A stretch of 64,000 bases of DNA, taken from the NCBI RefSeq assembly GCF_038025025.1, contig NW_027117345.1:124001-188000 (forward strand), written 5' to 3'. Below, in pieces: positions 22,649-33,979 of the stretch; position 1 is the stretch's first letter, and each line of letters starts with the position of its first letter. The notes beneath the pieces were generated by a model that was given only the letters and a program-made list of their open reading frames with translations, did not search any database and had not been told where the DNA came from. The DNA is from Phyllosticta citribraziliensis (taxonomy: Eukaryota). A program made the position numbers and the translations under genes.

Positions 22649-24259
22649 ATGGATAGCTCCACGCACCTGCGCACAACGTCCAACGGCTCTGCTGAGGCTC
22701 AAGCCGGCGCCATACCTTTGATAGACATTTCTCGAACGCCATCGCCGTACCCGCGCGCCCGTAGCGCCGCCCAGTCCGAAGACGAAGACGAAGACTACGA
22801 GCCCGCCGCGTCGCTTGTCCGGCCGCTGGTCGCATCGGACGCCGGGAATGGACGCGAAGGCAGAACATGGCAGAGGATAACGCGTAATGGTGGGCTGGGC
22901 AAGTTCTTCTTTGGAACGTGGGTAGGCTGGCAGATCTACGTGGGTCTGCTGGTGTTCTGGGTTGCTGGCACCTCTTTCTACCTTCTGTTGATGAACCGTT
23001 TCATACTGTTGAGTAAGTGTCGCCGCGCGTCAGAAAAGACTGCAGCTAACTTGTTTCTACAGCTGGCGTGTACAAGTACGCAAAGCCATACAATTGGGTG
23101 GAGGCGAACCGCTGACCGCTGTGCAGATTTCCCTATCCCTTGACCATGACGTGGATACAACTTGTCCTGGAACACATAATCCTCCTCGGCTTCGCATCGT
23201 TCACTCGGCTTCTCGCGAGACAATTTCAGATACTGGGTCTGGGTGCTGTGGTCGCGCCGGCAACTCCGCTGTCGGCCGGCTCGGGATACAGAACGGCCAA
23301 AGGCCACGGATACCTCGCTGGGCTGGCCAGATGGATAAGCGGAGGGTCAGGCGGTATAGCTGGAGGCGGTCTGTTTGAGTTTGAGTGGTCAACTGCCAAA
23401 AAGGTGCTACCACTGGCGGTTGTCTACATGGCAAAAGTGGTTTTGAGTAACATCTCATTCGCGTGAGTATTTCCACATCTCTCGAGACATGCATGCTGAA
23501 TTCGCCGACAGGTATGCCGCCCAGGAGACGTACACGCTTGCCCGCATCGGCGTAGTACCGTTTTCTTTGATCCTTGCCTCGACATCCTCCCGCTCCTCGC
23601 TTTCCGTAAACTCGGTCCCGACGCTCTCATCCGCTCTCACCGCGGCCTTTAGCCTTCTCGTCGCTTGCATCCGCTCCGGAGTCCGTGTTACTTGGGAAAG
23701 CATCTTGGCTGGCGTCTTCTCTTCTCTTTTTGTTGCCGTTTACCCGATCATTCTCCTGCGAACATATCGGATGCTGGTCAACGACATGGTTCCCCAAGGC
23801 GATGTTCTGACCGGATTCCCGTCTGCGGACGGCGGGGACGAGCCGTCGGTGACACGCGAAGAGACCCGCGCATACTGGCGCACGTTGCACTACACATCGA
23901 TCTTGACGCTGATCATTCTGTCTCCGATCGTGCTCCTTTCTGGGGAGTTGTCTAACATTCACCACAACTGTTACTTCCTCGACGTGCCCTTCTTCTGGGT
24001 TTTGACTCTCTGCGGTGGGATTGGAGCGTGGGCTGTCTTTACCAGCACTCTGCTGCTGACCAAGGCGACTAGCCCATTGACGGTCAACTTCATCTCCGTT
24101 CCAAGGGGCGCCTTTGAGCTGATGTGTCTGAACCACTTTAAGCTGCCAGTGCACAGCTGGCTGGGCGTGGGATTTTGCTGGGTCGCCAGCGGCTGGTTTC
24201 TGGTTGCGAGGAGGGACGAGGGCAGGACGCTGGACAGGATGAGGCTCGAAGGGCGGTAA
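22649..24259 (+). CDS. Nucleotide-sugar / triose-phosphate transporter (DMT superfamily) (exons 22649-23012, 23063-23075, 23127-23462, 23512-24259)
   Basis: Multiple TM helices; motifs N+FIL..GVYKFPYPLTMTWIQL, KVVLSNISFAY, YTLAR and LTKATSPLT. Confidence 0.85.
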
Positions 24260-24496
24260 AGGTACTAGAAACGAGCCTCATGAGTAGATGGATGCTTCAT
24301 AGAGTAATGTGTGTGCCTCGAAAGACGACCTTCATCGACAGAATCAGCCACGGCCGGCTCCCTGACTCTCGAGGCCAAGACTTCGTCAAAGCTGCCCCAC
24401 TGTGGGGTCCTCCTACGTCATATCTTCAACCTTAGCTCGACTCCCACGCTGCATCCCCTGTTGCTGACGACACAAACCAGCTTCGAAGAACTGAAT

Positions 24497-25639
24497 ATGG
24501 GTCCAATGGCTACTCCAAGGCTTCGCGTTGGTCTTGTCGGTGCCGGCGAGGTCACCCAGGTGATCCACTTGCCAGCCCTGAGCCTCCTTTCCCATCTGTA
24601 CACCATTGAAGCCGTCTGCGACATATCCAAAAAGAACGCCGAGCACTGTGCAGCCAAATTTCACATCCCCAAGGCATCGACCAACGCATACGATGTCATC
24701 AACGACTCAGCCGTCGACGTTGTCTTCGTCCTCACATCAGACGAGTTCCATGAGCAATACGTCGTCGCCGCGCTCAACGCCGGCAAGAAGGTCTTCATCG
24801 AAAAGCCCATTGCGCTCTCGGTCCAGTCGGCCCAACGCATCGCCGATGCCAATCGTGCAGCAGGCGGCTCCCGCGTCTTCGTAGGCTACATGCGGCGCTA
24901 CGCGCCGTCCTTCTGGCGAGCCTTCAAGCGCGAGATCGCCGGCATCGACCAGATCCTGTACGCGCGGGTGCGCGACTTTTCCGGGCCAAATAAATCATTC
25001 GTCGACCAGTCGGGCACCTTTCAAGTCAAGAACACGGACGACATCCCATCCGAGGCCGGCGCGGAGCGCGAGAGGCTGCTGGACGCGCTCTTCGCAGAGG
25101 CCTTTCCCGGCAAGCCGTCGACGCCAGAGCGCCGCACGCTGTGGCGCTTCCTGGGCAGCCTGGGCTCTCACGACATCTCGCTGATGCGCGAGGTGCTCGG
25201 ATTCCCCGAGTCGATTGGCGGCGTGTCGGCCAACGGGCTCTTCTACTCGGCCATTCTCAACTTCCGCAACCGCGGCCGCGGCGGCGACAAAGGCGCGCCG
25301 TTTGCCGTCACGTACGAGAGCGGCATCGACAGCGTGCCCGAGTTCGACGCGCACCTGGCCGTCTACGGCCAGAACAAGCGCGTCTCGATCCACTACGACT
25401 CGCCGTACGTCAAGGGGCTGCCCATCAAGGTGCGCGTGGCCGAGGTCAACGCGCACGGCGAGTTTGTCACGCGCGAGATGCTCAGCTCGTACGAGGACGC
25501 GTACACGGCGGAGCTGCAGGAGATGCATGCGAGCTTCGCCCAGGGCCGGCCCATCAAAACGACGCCCGAGGATGCGCTGCAGGACCTGAGGCTCTTTGAC
25601 ATGATTATCAGCAAGTACGAGGAGACGGTTGCGGCATGA
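24497..25639 (+). CDS. Gfo/Idh/MocA family NAD(P)-dependent oxidoreductase (inositol-dehydrogenase-like)
   Basis: LRVGLVGAG Rossmann motif, AGKKVFIEKPIA, VGYMRRY and LGSHDISL. Confidence 0.9.
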   Translation: MGPMATPRLRVGLVGAGEVTQVIHLPALSLLSHLYTIEAVCDISKKNAEHCAAKFHIPKASTNAYDVINDSAVDVVFVLTSDEFHEQYVVAALNAGKKVFIEKPIALSVQSAQRIADANRAAGGSRVFVGYMRRYAPSFWRAFKREIAGIDQILYARVRDFSGPNKSFVDQSGTFQVKNTDDIPSEAGAERERLLDALFAEAFPGKPSTPERRTLWRFLGSLGSHDISLMREVLGFPESIGGVSANGLFYSAILNFRNRGRGGDKGAPFAVTYESGIDSVPEFDAHLAVYGQNKRVSIHYDSPYVKGLPIKVRVAEVNAHGEFVTREMLSSYEDAYTAELQEMHASFAQGRPIKTTPEDALQDLRLFDMIISKYEETVAA

Positions 25640-26598
25640 GATGCTTGGATTGCACTGTACAGGTGGAGAGAGGCGGGGGCTCGCCTCAGCGACGTGCGAT
25701 TTGTGAGATGGGAATGTCGCAGTAAATCACCGCATTCAGGCCCTGTGGTGATGGCTGTTGATTAGGGGACAAGAGCTAGTCAATAAGGGACGGCGACTCG
25801 GGGGAGACGGCACGGATAGAGACAGTATTAACTCATTTTCGGGAATCAATACCGTGTCAAATCCCCCTTGCTAAATACCTACGTTTCTGCATTGAGCTGT
25901 CTGATGATTCTGGTGTACAACAGAGACAACGAGACGACCACTGAACTCACGATACCTTCCCAAGTCTTTACGAACCGCATTTGCTCTTGGATGGTCGAAT
26001 CTTGGCTCTTCAGACTCGTCAAATCGAACCCTCCCTATCTCACCTCCATCTCATATACGCCATTTGAAAAGACCTACTTCCGCGATCGCCACACCCGTAC
26101 ATGATGTTCAATAGTCTGCCTATCGATGGAAAAATGACCAGTCTATCCGGCGTCGGAGTTGGTGCAGCAGATGCACTGACTACGGTGTTCAGTATTTCTC
26201 CTTTTTTCCTCCTTCCTCTTCCCCTTATCGAACGCCGATAGCATCGGCCCCATCAGTCACAAGTCTTCCGCAACGGCACACGCTGTTGAGAGCGCGTAAA
26301 TATCAATTCTCCGCTTCTCCAAATCCGCCTGTGCACTTCCACTCAACTTTGACGCAAATCATGTCCATCTCTGGGTTTGGTTCGATCGGTGGCTTTGTCG
26401 GGGAAACAGCTCCAGTCTTGGTCCCAAAAACCATGCCACTTGTCGAAGACCGGTACACGTGGAGCATTCGTGCAACCATAGCAGAGTGGAGAGGGAGAAT
26501 ACAGAATTCTTGAGAGACATGGAAGGCCACAGAAGGTTTTCTGTACGAAAGGCCCAGGAAAGAACTCCCTGAAGTGGTGAAATTTGTAAGTACGTCCT

Positions 26599-29500
26599 TC
26601 AATCGGGGCCAAAGAGATCGATGCCCAATTGAACTCCGTAACGATCGCCCCAAGAATTAACGATATATTCTTCGAACTCTTCGATACCCCTTGTCCAGTC
26701 CTGCTTGGAACCAGGCGTTGAAGATGCATCGGAAACTTCATTACGAGATTGAGCTTCTCGATCCCACGGGAACTTGTCGAACTCAGGGAGCATTTGCAAG
26801 ACGCGTGTCCTGCCGAACTTCTCGGCCAGCCCTCTCGCAGTCAAGCCTCGCACATCTCTGGCATCAACATCCGCGCCATGGCTCAAGAGGATCTCGACAA
26901 CTTCGGTGTCATCGCGGACAGCAGCTTGGTGTAGGGGCGTCATCAGCAGCCAGTCCCTGGCAGAGACGTCAGCTCCTCGTTCCAGGAGTAATCGGACAAT
27001 CTTGGGATGCTGCCTATTTGCGGCCTTATGGGTAGTTACGTTAACAGCCCGTTGGAGTGGCGTGTTCTCTTTCTTGTTGCGAACGTTCACATCGGCCCCG
27101 TTTTCCAGAAGTATCTGCACCATTTCCAAGTCTAGATTGCCTGTAGCCACGTGCAGCGGAGTGTTTGCGAGTTCGTTGCAATCATTGACTCGAGCACCTT
27201 TCTCCAGTAGTGCCCGGACAATCTTAACATTTGGCTTTCGACTAACGACAGCTTCGATAAGCCGCGTATTGGTTGTCGATGGATCTGTGCCGTTGGCATC
27301 GGCGCCGTTTTCCAACAGGACTTGGACGAATGTTGTGTTGGAATAATATATTCCCAACCAAAGCGGCGTATACCCATCTCTGTCGGACATGTTCACTCTG
27401 GCGCCATGAGCTATGATTGCTTTGGCGATCTGAGCGCCAGACCTTAGGTCCTGGCTGCACAGATATAGAGCATTTCTTCTCAGCATTGTGTCTATCCAGC
27501 TGATTTTAAAGTCTGGGCCTAGAAGTCGATGTGCCAAGTCCAAGGTAATGTTGACAACGCCTTGAACAAGCGTCCTTGGATTGGCGCGCCCGTCCGTAGC
27601 ATCCAGTGACTTCATGATTCTCTCGATGCCAGCCTGAAGTTTGGAGTACAACTTCTCAAAAGCTTCCACATCTTCCACCTTTTTCTGGACGAGGCTCAAC
27701 TCTAGAGCTTCGTTTAAAATGACAGAGAGTTGAAGAATACGTTTTCGCAGTATGATAACCAAATCCCGCTCATCCTCGATCGTGTCTAACGGAGCCAGCA
27801 AAAACTCCAAGTTCGTGCAAATTTCGCGTTTGACAGGCGCGTGAGGATCCTGCGCTGAAGATTTTGCAATTTCATGGGAAATGCAGTCCAAGTGGATGCC
27901 GTAGTAGAGCATCTTCTCCACCATTGAAAAGTTTTTCGACCTGATTGCGATGTCCATAAAGCGGTGTTGCTGTTGGCCACTGATTCCTGGTACCTTCAGC
28001 TGTTCATGCTCAGTCAGGCCGAAAGCATCAAGAGTCCATATTACATGATTTGCGACTACAGCCTGAAATGTGAGGTTTTCAGAATGTGTTGGAATGCCAC
28101 TCAGGTGGATTTGACTAGTGCCTATCGCCGTGTGGAAACCCTGGAAACCAGGCGATATCTCCGAGCCTTCGAAGACGAAGTCCATAATTAGAGATTTTAG
28201 AGGCTCTGATGACTTCAGGTCGCCGCTAGATGAGACGTGGTCAATTAAGAAGAAGATGTAATGGTTTTCCCATTCCCGTTCCCGTTCGTCTCTATTCATG
28301 ATGGTTCGGGGTTCGCCTGCTGATTCTAACGCCTCTTGATTCATGAGACGTTTCATGTGACGTGATTCCCGCATCAGACACAATGACGCAACGCGAGCGT
28401 TCGCCTGGGGAGCGAGAAATTCCGTGCTTTTGCTTTTTGACAGTGAATTTTCAAGGAATTCCCGCACTGACAAGTGCGCAAATCGGATTGTACTATCCTT
28501 GTCCTTTTCGACAAGGTTCAGACAAACTCGAAGTATTTCATCTCCTGTGTACGGCTCGTCCGAGTCTTCCAAGTCAGTGGAAGCAAGGAATGCAAACAGT
28601 TCCAGGTTGACTTTGCGATGCGCGCAAAGTAGCCATTGGAAGGTTGTGGTTGCAAGCTTCTCTGCGTTTTCGCCCAGCCTTTTGATCTGTTCAAAAACGT
28701 CCCAATAAGACTTTTCCAAGGTTTCTGGGAGATGGCCCAGTTTGGCCTTAATGTCTCTTGGATCCTCACATCTTCGCAACATTTGGATTTGGAGCTCGAC
28801 CCATCGGAACATGCCATTGGCGCCATTAATGAGAGTCTTGATTACTTCTTCTCGGAGAGCAGCTCGCTTTGGCCCCTTGAGGCCTCTTACAACACGAATA
28901 TTTTCGAGTCTATTCATAATGTTAGCAAGACAGTTTTGCGGGCCAAGAAAGCAATTGTTGACCTACACAAAAGCCTCGATATCGTTTGAGTTGTCTTGGG
29001 CATCAATGCGAAGACTTGGGTGGTCCTCTAGCTGCTCATTGATTTCGCCGCTGTCTCTGCTCGAAAAGAAAATTTTGACGACTCCTCTTGACTCTCGCAT
29101 AATCTTGATCAGAGCCTCAAGGAGGTCGCTAACCTCAGACTGCCTCATTTCGTCAAGCGCATCCAACACCAGAACTGTTGACGCATGGAAACTGGTCAAG
29201 TCAATAAGGGCCCGAGTGCTCTCCTCGATGTCCCAGGTAACGTCTTCATAGCGCTCGGAGCCGTCGATGGCCTCCAAATATCGGAGTCGGATGGTGTCAA
29301 ACACGATTCTCTTGTCGGCACATGCCAGCTGTTCAACCAAAGATGCAAGAATAGGCTGTGCCATGGCGCGTTCTGGCTCGGCAGGATTCCTGACACAGTA
29401 AAAGAAGGCCAATCTTTCATCTCGCATGCTATCAATCACGAGCGAGGTAAGCTTGGTTTTCCCAGATCCGGGGATGCCACGAAGCCAGAGGATGGACGAA

Positions 29501-30785
29501 GAAGTGTCTTCTTGCCAGTTTCGGAATTCGGGCTTTTCGAGAAGCCACTGTCCAGAGCTTGCGAGGCGGCCCTTTGATAGATCGGCGTGCTGGGACTTGT
29601 GCAATATTTTGGAGATAGATTCCAGAATCTTCCTCTGGTCCTCTGCCTTGAGACAATTGCGCAAATCGGCGAGTTGAACTTTGACTTTGGACATGTCGAC
29701 CCCAAAGTCCTCCAGCATGTTCCTCAGCTTCTCATCTTTCTTCCGACTTTCGCAAACGAATTGTTCTTGGCGATCATTGGTTGTGTGCATCAACTCAGAC
29801 ATGCTCTTTGCCCGCTCCGCGTCAGCTAACAAACGGTTCTTCTCGACTTCTTCTTGCTTTACGTCCACCGTGGAAAACCATGTTTCGGCGCCTTTTGATG
29901 TGAAAAAACTCTTCAAGATCTTTTGTCTCGCGCTGTAGTTGAAGTAACGAACAGCCTTGGACAGAAACGAAAGCACTGCAGCATACAGATCGACTAATGA
30001 TCGACGGAGGCGTCCTGCGATGTCCGAGTCTCTGTGGAAAAGTTAACAATGGCAAGAGACGGGTGTCAGTGACAGAAGACGAAAGCTGACTGCGGGTAGC
30101 CATGGCGCTGAGCGACAGCTCTCTAAGTGCATTCGTGGGAACGTGCAACCGCTACCTGGGCGCAGCCGCAGTGGTGAACGAATACTCCCTAGGCGCCCTC
30201 CTGGCGCTGGAACGCCCTATTTATTTCTGCGCACGTTGTGACGGCGACTAAGAAACAGGTCTTACTCACACTGAAAGGTACAGTTCCTCTAGGATGGCGC
30301 AGCGAGATATGATTTCGGCAGCTCGCTCGACTCCCTCCATGGCGGCTCCATACATCTCCTCCTCTTTCACCGGTGCCACCAACAAGAGCCGGACTATCGC
30401 CCATGGCAGGGTTGCATGGCCCGGATCAAGCTGCACAACAGCATCCCCGACTTCCTGGACTCAGTCAGTGGGTATTAATTGCTGCCAGCGGTGTCGCATA
30501 TACCTTGAACCGGTCTGTCCACACTGCCAACTTGCTCATGACATCTCGCAAAACGATTTGCTTTCCCCGAAACGAAAACGAGGCCTTTCTCTCTCTCTCC
30601 AAGAGCTCTATCTTCCTCTGATCGGTGGCATGAAGGACGTCTTGGAGCAGGTCTTTCCAGTCCTTCTGTTCAGTCTGAGCAAGGCCGAAAATCTCCTGGT
30701 CCTCTTCGCTCAAAAGCTTCTTTGCATCGTCCCAGTTGTTTGTCGTAATGTTTTTGATACCACCCAATTGCGCTTTGGGGGCCAT
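26599..30785 (-). CDS. Fungal NLR-like protein: N-terminal NACHT_N/Goodbye-like helical domain, NACHT NTPase, ankyrin repeats (at least 4 exons)
   Basis: N-terminal WDDAKKLL...DRFKEVGDAVVQLDPGHATLPWAIVR; Walker A WLRGIPGSGKT; Walker B VLVLDALDE; KIFFSSR; ANGMFRWVELQI; LPETLEKSY; about 6-7 ankyrin repeats (e.g. NTPLHVA...LLENGADVN). Introns at ~30503-30455, ~30269-30032 and 28966-28910 keep the frame. Confidence 0.9.
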
Positions 30786-31163
30786 AATTGGCGGGAGAGT
30801 GTTAAAGCGTTGGCTTGTCTTTGAAACCGGACGAAACAAGAGGTGCAAGCAAAACCGGAACGAGAAGGTCAATTTGTGTCCCTGTGCTAGTTGTACATAG
30901 CTGGGCGACAAAAGACCAGGCTGCAAGGTTTGAGAGAGAAGCGCCCGATGGCAGGCGGATTTGGACAATATCAAAGGTGGAGCGGTCCACAAAGCTCCAT
31001 CGCCCCCACTCCCAGCGTGTTCAGCACCCCTGTCTCAAGCGGAACCGCGCGCGTAAGACAGAAGATCCTTTCTTCAAAGCCAACGCCGCCAGTATCAGCG
31101 GCCCACCCTCTTCTTCCAATCACTGATTCATCTCGACTCTCGCGCGCTCGTATTCTTTCCGTG

Positions 31164-31751
31164 ATGGCGGAGTCCCAGGGTGAGCAAATGCATTTCCCTG
31201 CAACAATCGCTCCAGCGTCTAAATTTTCAGATGTTCCGAATCATTTGAGCCGCAGCCTGACGGCCAAACAATTTGTCGAGAGCTCCGGTGTCGTCTTGTT
31301 CAACAAGTCGCGGGACCAAGTCTGCATTATGCTCCACCAAGGCGATTGTTGGGTCCTCCCCAAAGGCCGACGCAACTGCGGCGAGACACGCCAGGCCGCG
31401 GCGCTGCGTGAGACCAAAGAAGAGACTGGCCATACGTGCCGTCTGCTGCCAGTCCGCATGTCAACGCGTGCGCCGCCAGCCAATGAAGATGATACATCGT
31501 TGCCAGACGAGGCGCGCCAGATGAATGACCTGACCGAACCGTTCGAGCTTAGTCTCAGGGGCCTTGGCAAGGCTGGAATCAAGCTGGTTTGGTGGTTCAT
31601 TGCCGTCGTTGACGAGGCTGAGCCTCCTTCAGCCGGAGAAGCCATGTTTCAACCCCGGTTTCTGCCGTGCCATGAGGCGATGGAAAGGTTGACTTTTCAA
31701 GGGGACCGAGAGACGTTGGCGGAAGCGATTGAAATCGTTGAACAGCAGTAG
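31164..31751 (+). CDS. NUDIX hydrolase
   Basis: Nudix box LPKGRRNCGETRQAAALRETKEETG (G-x5-E-x7-RE-xx-EE-x-G); ATG chosen at 31164. Confidence 0.88.
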   Translation: MAESQGEQMHFPATIAPASKFSDVPNHLSRSLTAKQFVESSGVVLFNKSRDQVCIMLHQGDCWVLPKGRRNCGETRQAAALRETKEETGHTCRLLPVRMSTRAPPANEDDTSLPDEARQMNDLTEPFELSLRGLGKAGIKLVWWFIAVVDEAEPPSAGEAMFQPRFLPCHEAMERLTFQGDRETLAEAIEIVEQQ

Positions 31752-32799
31752 CTCTCTATTCTGTGGGTAGCATTTGTCGCCTGTGAACGTGATGAGCTCA
31801 GCTCAGTACCGATAGGGTCGAGGTTCATGAACTCGTCATTGGCTACGTTTGTTGCAGCTCTTGCCGCGGAATATCTGAAGAGACAGTGTGGAAATTATCT
31901 TCCATTGTGTCCTGACGCACATGTCAATCTGTCTGCGTGCCTTTCATGGCCCCAAATTCCCGATGAAGCCGCCACAGAGCTCGTGTGGTTGCACGCTAGC
32001 CTTACGGCCTCTTGTGAATGCTTCCGAAAACATAGGCAGCTAGCTCTAGGCAGAATCGGTAAGCCAAGACGATGCCCAGCCATTCCTGGATATCTTACCC
32101 TTGGCCAGGGAGCTTTGGCGGAGTTTCCAGCCGACGGCGAGAGTGTTTAAAGAAAGGGGACGATTCGCACATAGCCGCTCAATATGTATAGGCTCCGAAC
32201 GAGCAGGAGAGGAAGTGGGCGATGAGGAGCCGGCGAGCATCGGTCTGTGTTTCGCAAAGCTTGGTCAGTGATGGTATGGTTGCGAAGGGAGAGAGGGAGG
32301 TACCAAGACAATGTGTCCGTTTTCACTAGAACGAACGGTAAGCAAGAAGCCAGAGCCGAAGGAGACGAAAGCAAAGATGGTTTGAATTTCGAGAGAGCGG
32401 AAAAGACAGCGCAGTGGCGGGCGATCATTGGCGGGCGGTCAACGATGTACGGTGAGGGAAGAAGTGATGAGCAAGACTGTTTGTCAAAAGTCGTGGAGCA
32501 CGAGTAAGGCAGCAGACAGGGAGTGATCAAGCCATCCCACCCCATGCCTGAGCACTGGAAGCATTCAAACCCACGTCGCGCAATTCCATGGCCGCGATTG
32601 CCAGGCCCTTTGTCGCCAAGTCTCATAGCGTCCGGTGGTCTGAAGCGGAAGTAATTCGAAGGTCCTCGAAGGTCGTGACGCGGTCTGTTTGCGTGCGATG
32701 AAATTCCAACACAGGCGTTGAGGATGGGAATTTCGACTTTGAATTTGCGGGCAGTTTTCGTCATCCAAAGACCAGAGAGACAGCGCTATGAGGTAAAAA

Positions 32800-33360
32800 G
32801 CATTTGCCGTGCGCTCAGTCGTAGGTCGGAGTTGGTCGGGCCGGTCAACCTCAACACCATGAAGCTGCATCCGGTGCAAAGACAAACCTGCGCAACTTCT
32901 CTGGCCGATAGATTCAACAGCGTTCTCCAATCGGTTTTGTGGCAAGTTGAAGGCCAGGCGTGTTCGGGGTTGGGTGTCCAGGCGCAGAGACAGGCTCAAC
33001 ACCATGACCTCCATCGTGAGATCGACTGCATGAGCAGGCCCCAGCGTAAAGTCGATTTTTGGCAGTCAGGTAGATGAAACAGCTGGCTTAAGCCCACCAA
33101 AGAGGCTTTGCATGGCGCTGGAAGGTATGAGAGGGTGGTCGAGGTTGCGTGTTTTGGCGCAGGGTGACCTCAACACCATGACTTGCATCGCGATGTCGAG
33201 CCTCAGCAAGCATCAGCGTAAAAGTTTTGGCAGCCTTGCAGCCAATGCGGCCAACTGGAGCTCACCAAAATGGCTTTGTGTTGGCATTGGCGGCAGGTCG
33301 CAAGCAGGCGCCGTCGTGGCAGGCGTCCGGGCTAAGTGCCAGCTCAACACCACGAAAAGG
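32800..33360 (-). repeat. Degenerate tandem repeat array with ~174-bp period
   Basis: CTCAACACCA(T/C)GA at 32850, 32995, 33169 and 33343 (spacings 145, 174, 174); CAGCGTAAA...TTTTGGCAG at 33042 and 33214. Confidence 0.7.
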
Positions 33361-33574
33361 CGCACGACGAGCAAACACCAGAGCTTGAGCGGCCTCAAAG
33401 CTGCTTGGGTATGATATTAGCAAGTAGGCGTCTTCCGCAGCCAAAGCCCAAGATTCGACGTCCACGGGCGCGAAAACACCAAGAAGGCCACGACTTCGAC
33501 CATCGACCGCGCCACGCCACCACCGCCCGCGACCCAAGCTATATATACCCAAATAACGGATCCAAAAAGCAACA

Positions 33575-33876
33575 TTGAGAGAGCCGGGCGAGTCACATCC
33601 GTGAGCGAACTCTCTGTAGACCAGGCTGGCGTGGTTAAGATGGACCTGGGGTTTAAAACACCCCATACCCCGTTCTAACGCCTCGGGAGCGGCTCACCGC
33701 ACACTCAGTTACCTGGCGCCAATAAACCCGAGTTCGACTCTCGGTCCCGACAATGCGACATATTCCAAACGCAATCACTCTCTGAGTAAGTGCGGACCTT
33801 ATGATCAAAGGGAGGGCTGGGCTCCACGTTGTGGTGGCCCTGATCCTGCGTCAGGTTCGAACTGACGCACTTTTTT
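33575..33876 (+). ncRNA. Candidate structured Pol III-type non-coding RNA, or tRNA-derived element, of unknown class
   Basis: TATATATA 33540-33547; A-box-like TGGTTAAGATGG 33632-33643; B-box/T-arm CCGAG-TTCGACT-CTCGG 33728-33744; several helices; terminal 8-bp hairpin TGCGTCAG/CTGACGCA followed by TTTTTT 33871-33876; no credible ORF. Confidence 0.55.
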
Positions 33877-33979
33877 GATCTTTTTCGAGCCGTTTCTTTT
33901 TGCTATTTCTCGTCTCGTTGACTGGCGGCTCGTTTGCGGCGTCGCATGCGTTTTGCTGAATTGTCAAATCTTCCAGCGA

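Noticed and set aside
30700..30785. Amyloid signalling motif at the NLR N-terminus
   Set aside because: No HET-s-like, PP or sigma-type G/N/Q pattern, and no adjacent HeLo/HELL/gasdermin gene.
32850..33355. CRISPR-like array
   Set aside because: Eukaryotic context, only a 13-bp anchor, long spacers that are similar to one another, and no cas genes.
33625..33752. Canonical tRNA gene (apparent AAA anticodon loop)
   Set aside because: The 5' strand upstream of the A-box (GCTGGCG) does not pair with the sequence after the T-arm (TCCCGAC), and the arm spacing is wrong. Kept as an unknown ncRNA instead.
33683..33795. HDV-like ribozyme, U1 (TTACCTGG) or snR30/U17 (ATATTCC) identity
   Set aside because: The topology only loosely resembles HDV (no P1.1 GG, and a long P2-P3 spacer). 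The U1 and U17 matches are short and in the wrong context.
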